From assembly GCA_028534125.1 (NCBI GenBank), contig CM052817.1, positions 78,928,001 to 78,992,000 of the forward strand: a stretch of DNA of 64,000 nt. The letters are read 5' to 3'. The position numbers and the translations under genes were made by a program. Position 1 is the first letter of the stretch. Each line of letters starts with the position of its first letter. Positions 61,725 through 64,000 of this stretch are shown in pieces. The notes beneath the pieces are model-generated. The model did not search any database, was not told the origin of the DNA, and saw only the letters and a list, made by a program, of their open reading frames with translations. Origin of the DNA: Lama glama (Eukaryota).

Positions 61725-63884
61725 AAACTATTTTTAAATTAGATTTTAATGGACTGTCAAGTACAAAACGTGTGGCATGAGACATGAAACAGAACCTATG
61801 CCTTTTAAGGTATACTGAGGAGCTTGTGCTTTAACCTACAAAACTGAGGCCGGTTAAGTTACTTCCTAAAGATCACATTAGTTAGGGACAGAGCAAGCCT
61901 ACAATCTAAGTTGTGTCTACCATGACTCCTGTATCAGAGTCCAGAAGCTAAGAACTGGAAGTAATTTTAGAAATCATCACGTTCATCCCTCCTCATTGTC
62001 TCTTTTCTTAAAAAAAAAAAAATATATATATATATATATATATGGAAGGTACTAAAGGTGAAATGGCTTACCCAAGTGACAAAAATGGGCTTCTCCGTCT
62101 CCTTTCTCCCATGCCAATGATTTGAGCACTTACCTACTCTAAGGTTCCAGTTTGGCAAAACTTGATCGTTTGAGAAATTACAGTTATTGTCATTGTCATC
62201 TTCTTCTCCTTTTTGTTTCCAGACATTCCTTATGCTGTTGCTTCAAAAACTAAAAAGGGTCTGGCGACATAGTGGGGAAAGTGGGGAGGGGGGAATTAAT
62301 GAGAGAGAACAGCCTGGTGAAGAAGAGTATTTACCACTGATAGTATTTAGAGTGGTCAGCATATGGTAATAATAGAAATAAGGCTGTATTTTGATTGGTT
62401 TTATTACTGTTCTTCAATTCAAGACAACACGGTATGTTATTGCCTATACCTGGGGTGGCAATTCAAACAGTGTCAGTGGTAGAACACGCTTCTCTGGGCT
62501 CTGCAAAGCATAAAAGGGCTGAAAGCAGCAACTAAGCCCGAGCAGTAAATTATACCAAATATAAAATGGTCTCCATTTCCCAATGAGGCAATCCTCCAAA
62601 TAAAAGGCTTGATTACATAATCTTTTAAGGATGTAGATGAAATAGATAAACCACTCCATAAATGCAGTTTGTTCATTTTGTATACACATATTTAAAATTG
62701 CATATTATGTAAAAATCATATACAATGACAATTAACATGGCAATTTAAAAACATTGATTTTTGCCCCATCCTTAGATTGCATGAAACTATTCCAGCTCTT
62801 GGTATCACTGTCTCTAGAGAGAGAGAGAAAAAAACAACACATTTTTCAGAGCTTATCATCTTTCTTTCCTTCTAAATTATTTGGGATATCACATTTTTTG
62901 ACTCTCTTTAGATGCCATCTCCAGAAATTTTACACAAAATTATTTATTCCGAAGCTTTTAGATAGTAGTTGTTGTTTTGTTTTTAATTGGAAATGTAGAT
63001 CAGTATTTTTAATGGAAAATTTCACTGTATTGCTTTTTAAAGTGATCTTTGAAAGGCGTATTTTAAGCAATATCCAAACTTGAAGTTGTGAGGTGAGATC
63101 CCCCAGGAATAATTACTAATTTGTGAATGTCATCACCTCCTTTTCAACCCAATCTGTAAGTGACCTCACTTTATCTTTGAGCAGAGATGTTAAATAACTG
63201 TCTCAAGCAGGCATTCAGAAGAAAGCAGTGACGCCAGTTCCATGCAAAATGCTGACTCTCAGGGTCAGCGCAGCCCGATGTTCTTCGACTGCAGAGGACT
63301 GAGCGCGTCTGTGCCCTTGACCATACAATGATGACCTTCCAAAATGAAATATAATCCCTTGAAGAGATGTTTCTGCAAAGGTGATGACCCCCAAACACCA
63401 ATAAAACCAACCTACACAGTCACTGACTACCAACACAACACGGGCACCTACTGTCCGTCCACTCACACAACAGCCCTGTGGCTGTGCTCCAGGTGCCAGA
63501 ATAACGAAGTCTGGGACCAGAGGATCTACAGAAGGTGGTTAGTCTTTTCTCAGACATTAGTTGTTCAAAGCTGTTTTACTGCCTTCAGAACCCCTGGCTG
63601 CACATTTAGAAAGGAGCAGGCAGCTCACATTTGGCCCTCTTTGAATTTGGTGGCCTTCATGGCGGTATCTTCACTGACAATTATCTGTCAGGGTTTTTAA
63701 GGTCCCCATTTCCTGGCCAGTTCTACCGACAGTTCAGCTGCACACACTTCTGTAATCCCAATAGTAACAGGGAAGGGAAGCATCAGTCTATGTTTTTGTT
63801 TGATTTTTTGACCTGAAAACATTTTGTTGCAAGGATCGGCCAGAACACAGACCTGGTTTACAGACCACTTCTCTCCTCAAAGTT

Positions 63885-63916
63885 TATATATCTATATCTA
63901 TATCTATATCTATATC
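63885..63916. repeat. (TATATC)n microsatellite
   Basis: Directly visible. Confidence 0.9.
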
Positions 63917-64000
63917 TTACTATCAAGGACAACCACAAACTACAGAGCCACTGCTTAGAGCAAATTTTACCATTTAAGAAAACCTTTGCTTCATGCAGCT

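Noticed and set aside
63328..63426. C/D-box snoRNA-like arrangement (ATGATGA at 63328, GTGATGA at 63381, CTGA at 63423)
   Set aside because: No terminal stem, no canonical D' box and no recognisable rRNA/snRNA antisense element; a snoscan or Rfam search would be needed.
1..64000. CRISPR arrays, operons or other prokaryotic systems
   Set aside because: The sequence is mammalian; there is no repeat-spacer array or gene-dense organisation.

Overview
AT-rich eutherian genomic DNA, intergenic or deep intronic, that is largely transposable-element derived. The repeat content points to a non-ruminant artiodactyl, most plausibly a camelid (inference). It includes Tigger1a/Tigger2a-type MITEs and artiodactyl-type L1 3' ends, and I recognise no Bov-tA/BovB, PRE, CAN or Alu SINEs. 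I find no supportable protein-coding gene, tRNA, rRNA or CRISPR array; the ORF-track entries with recognisable homology are decayed L1 ORF1/ORF2 or ERVL gag fragments. Main contents: (1) two L1s that retain both ends (767-4504, internally deleted; 41555-48330, near full length). (2) Many truncated L1s with target-site duplications (TSDs), including two twin-primed inversions and two candidate 3' transductions. (3) An ancient ERVL provirus remnant on the minus strand with an LTR67B-like 5' LTR, PBS and gag-pro-RT-RNaseH (19717-23042). (4) A young CpG-rich betaretrovirus-like LTR spanning a 100-N assembly gap (31767-32368). (5) MaLR LTRs, Tigger/Charlie DNA transposons and L2/MIR relics. I found no convincing novel biological system; the findings are mostly readable traces of retrotransposition and repair, plus a few weak candidate exons. 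Subfamily names are from memory of consensus sequences and need RepeatMasker/Dfam confirmation. Boundaries of old repeats are approximate.
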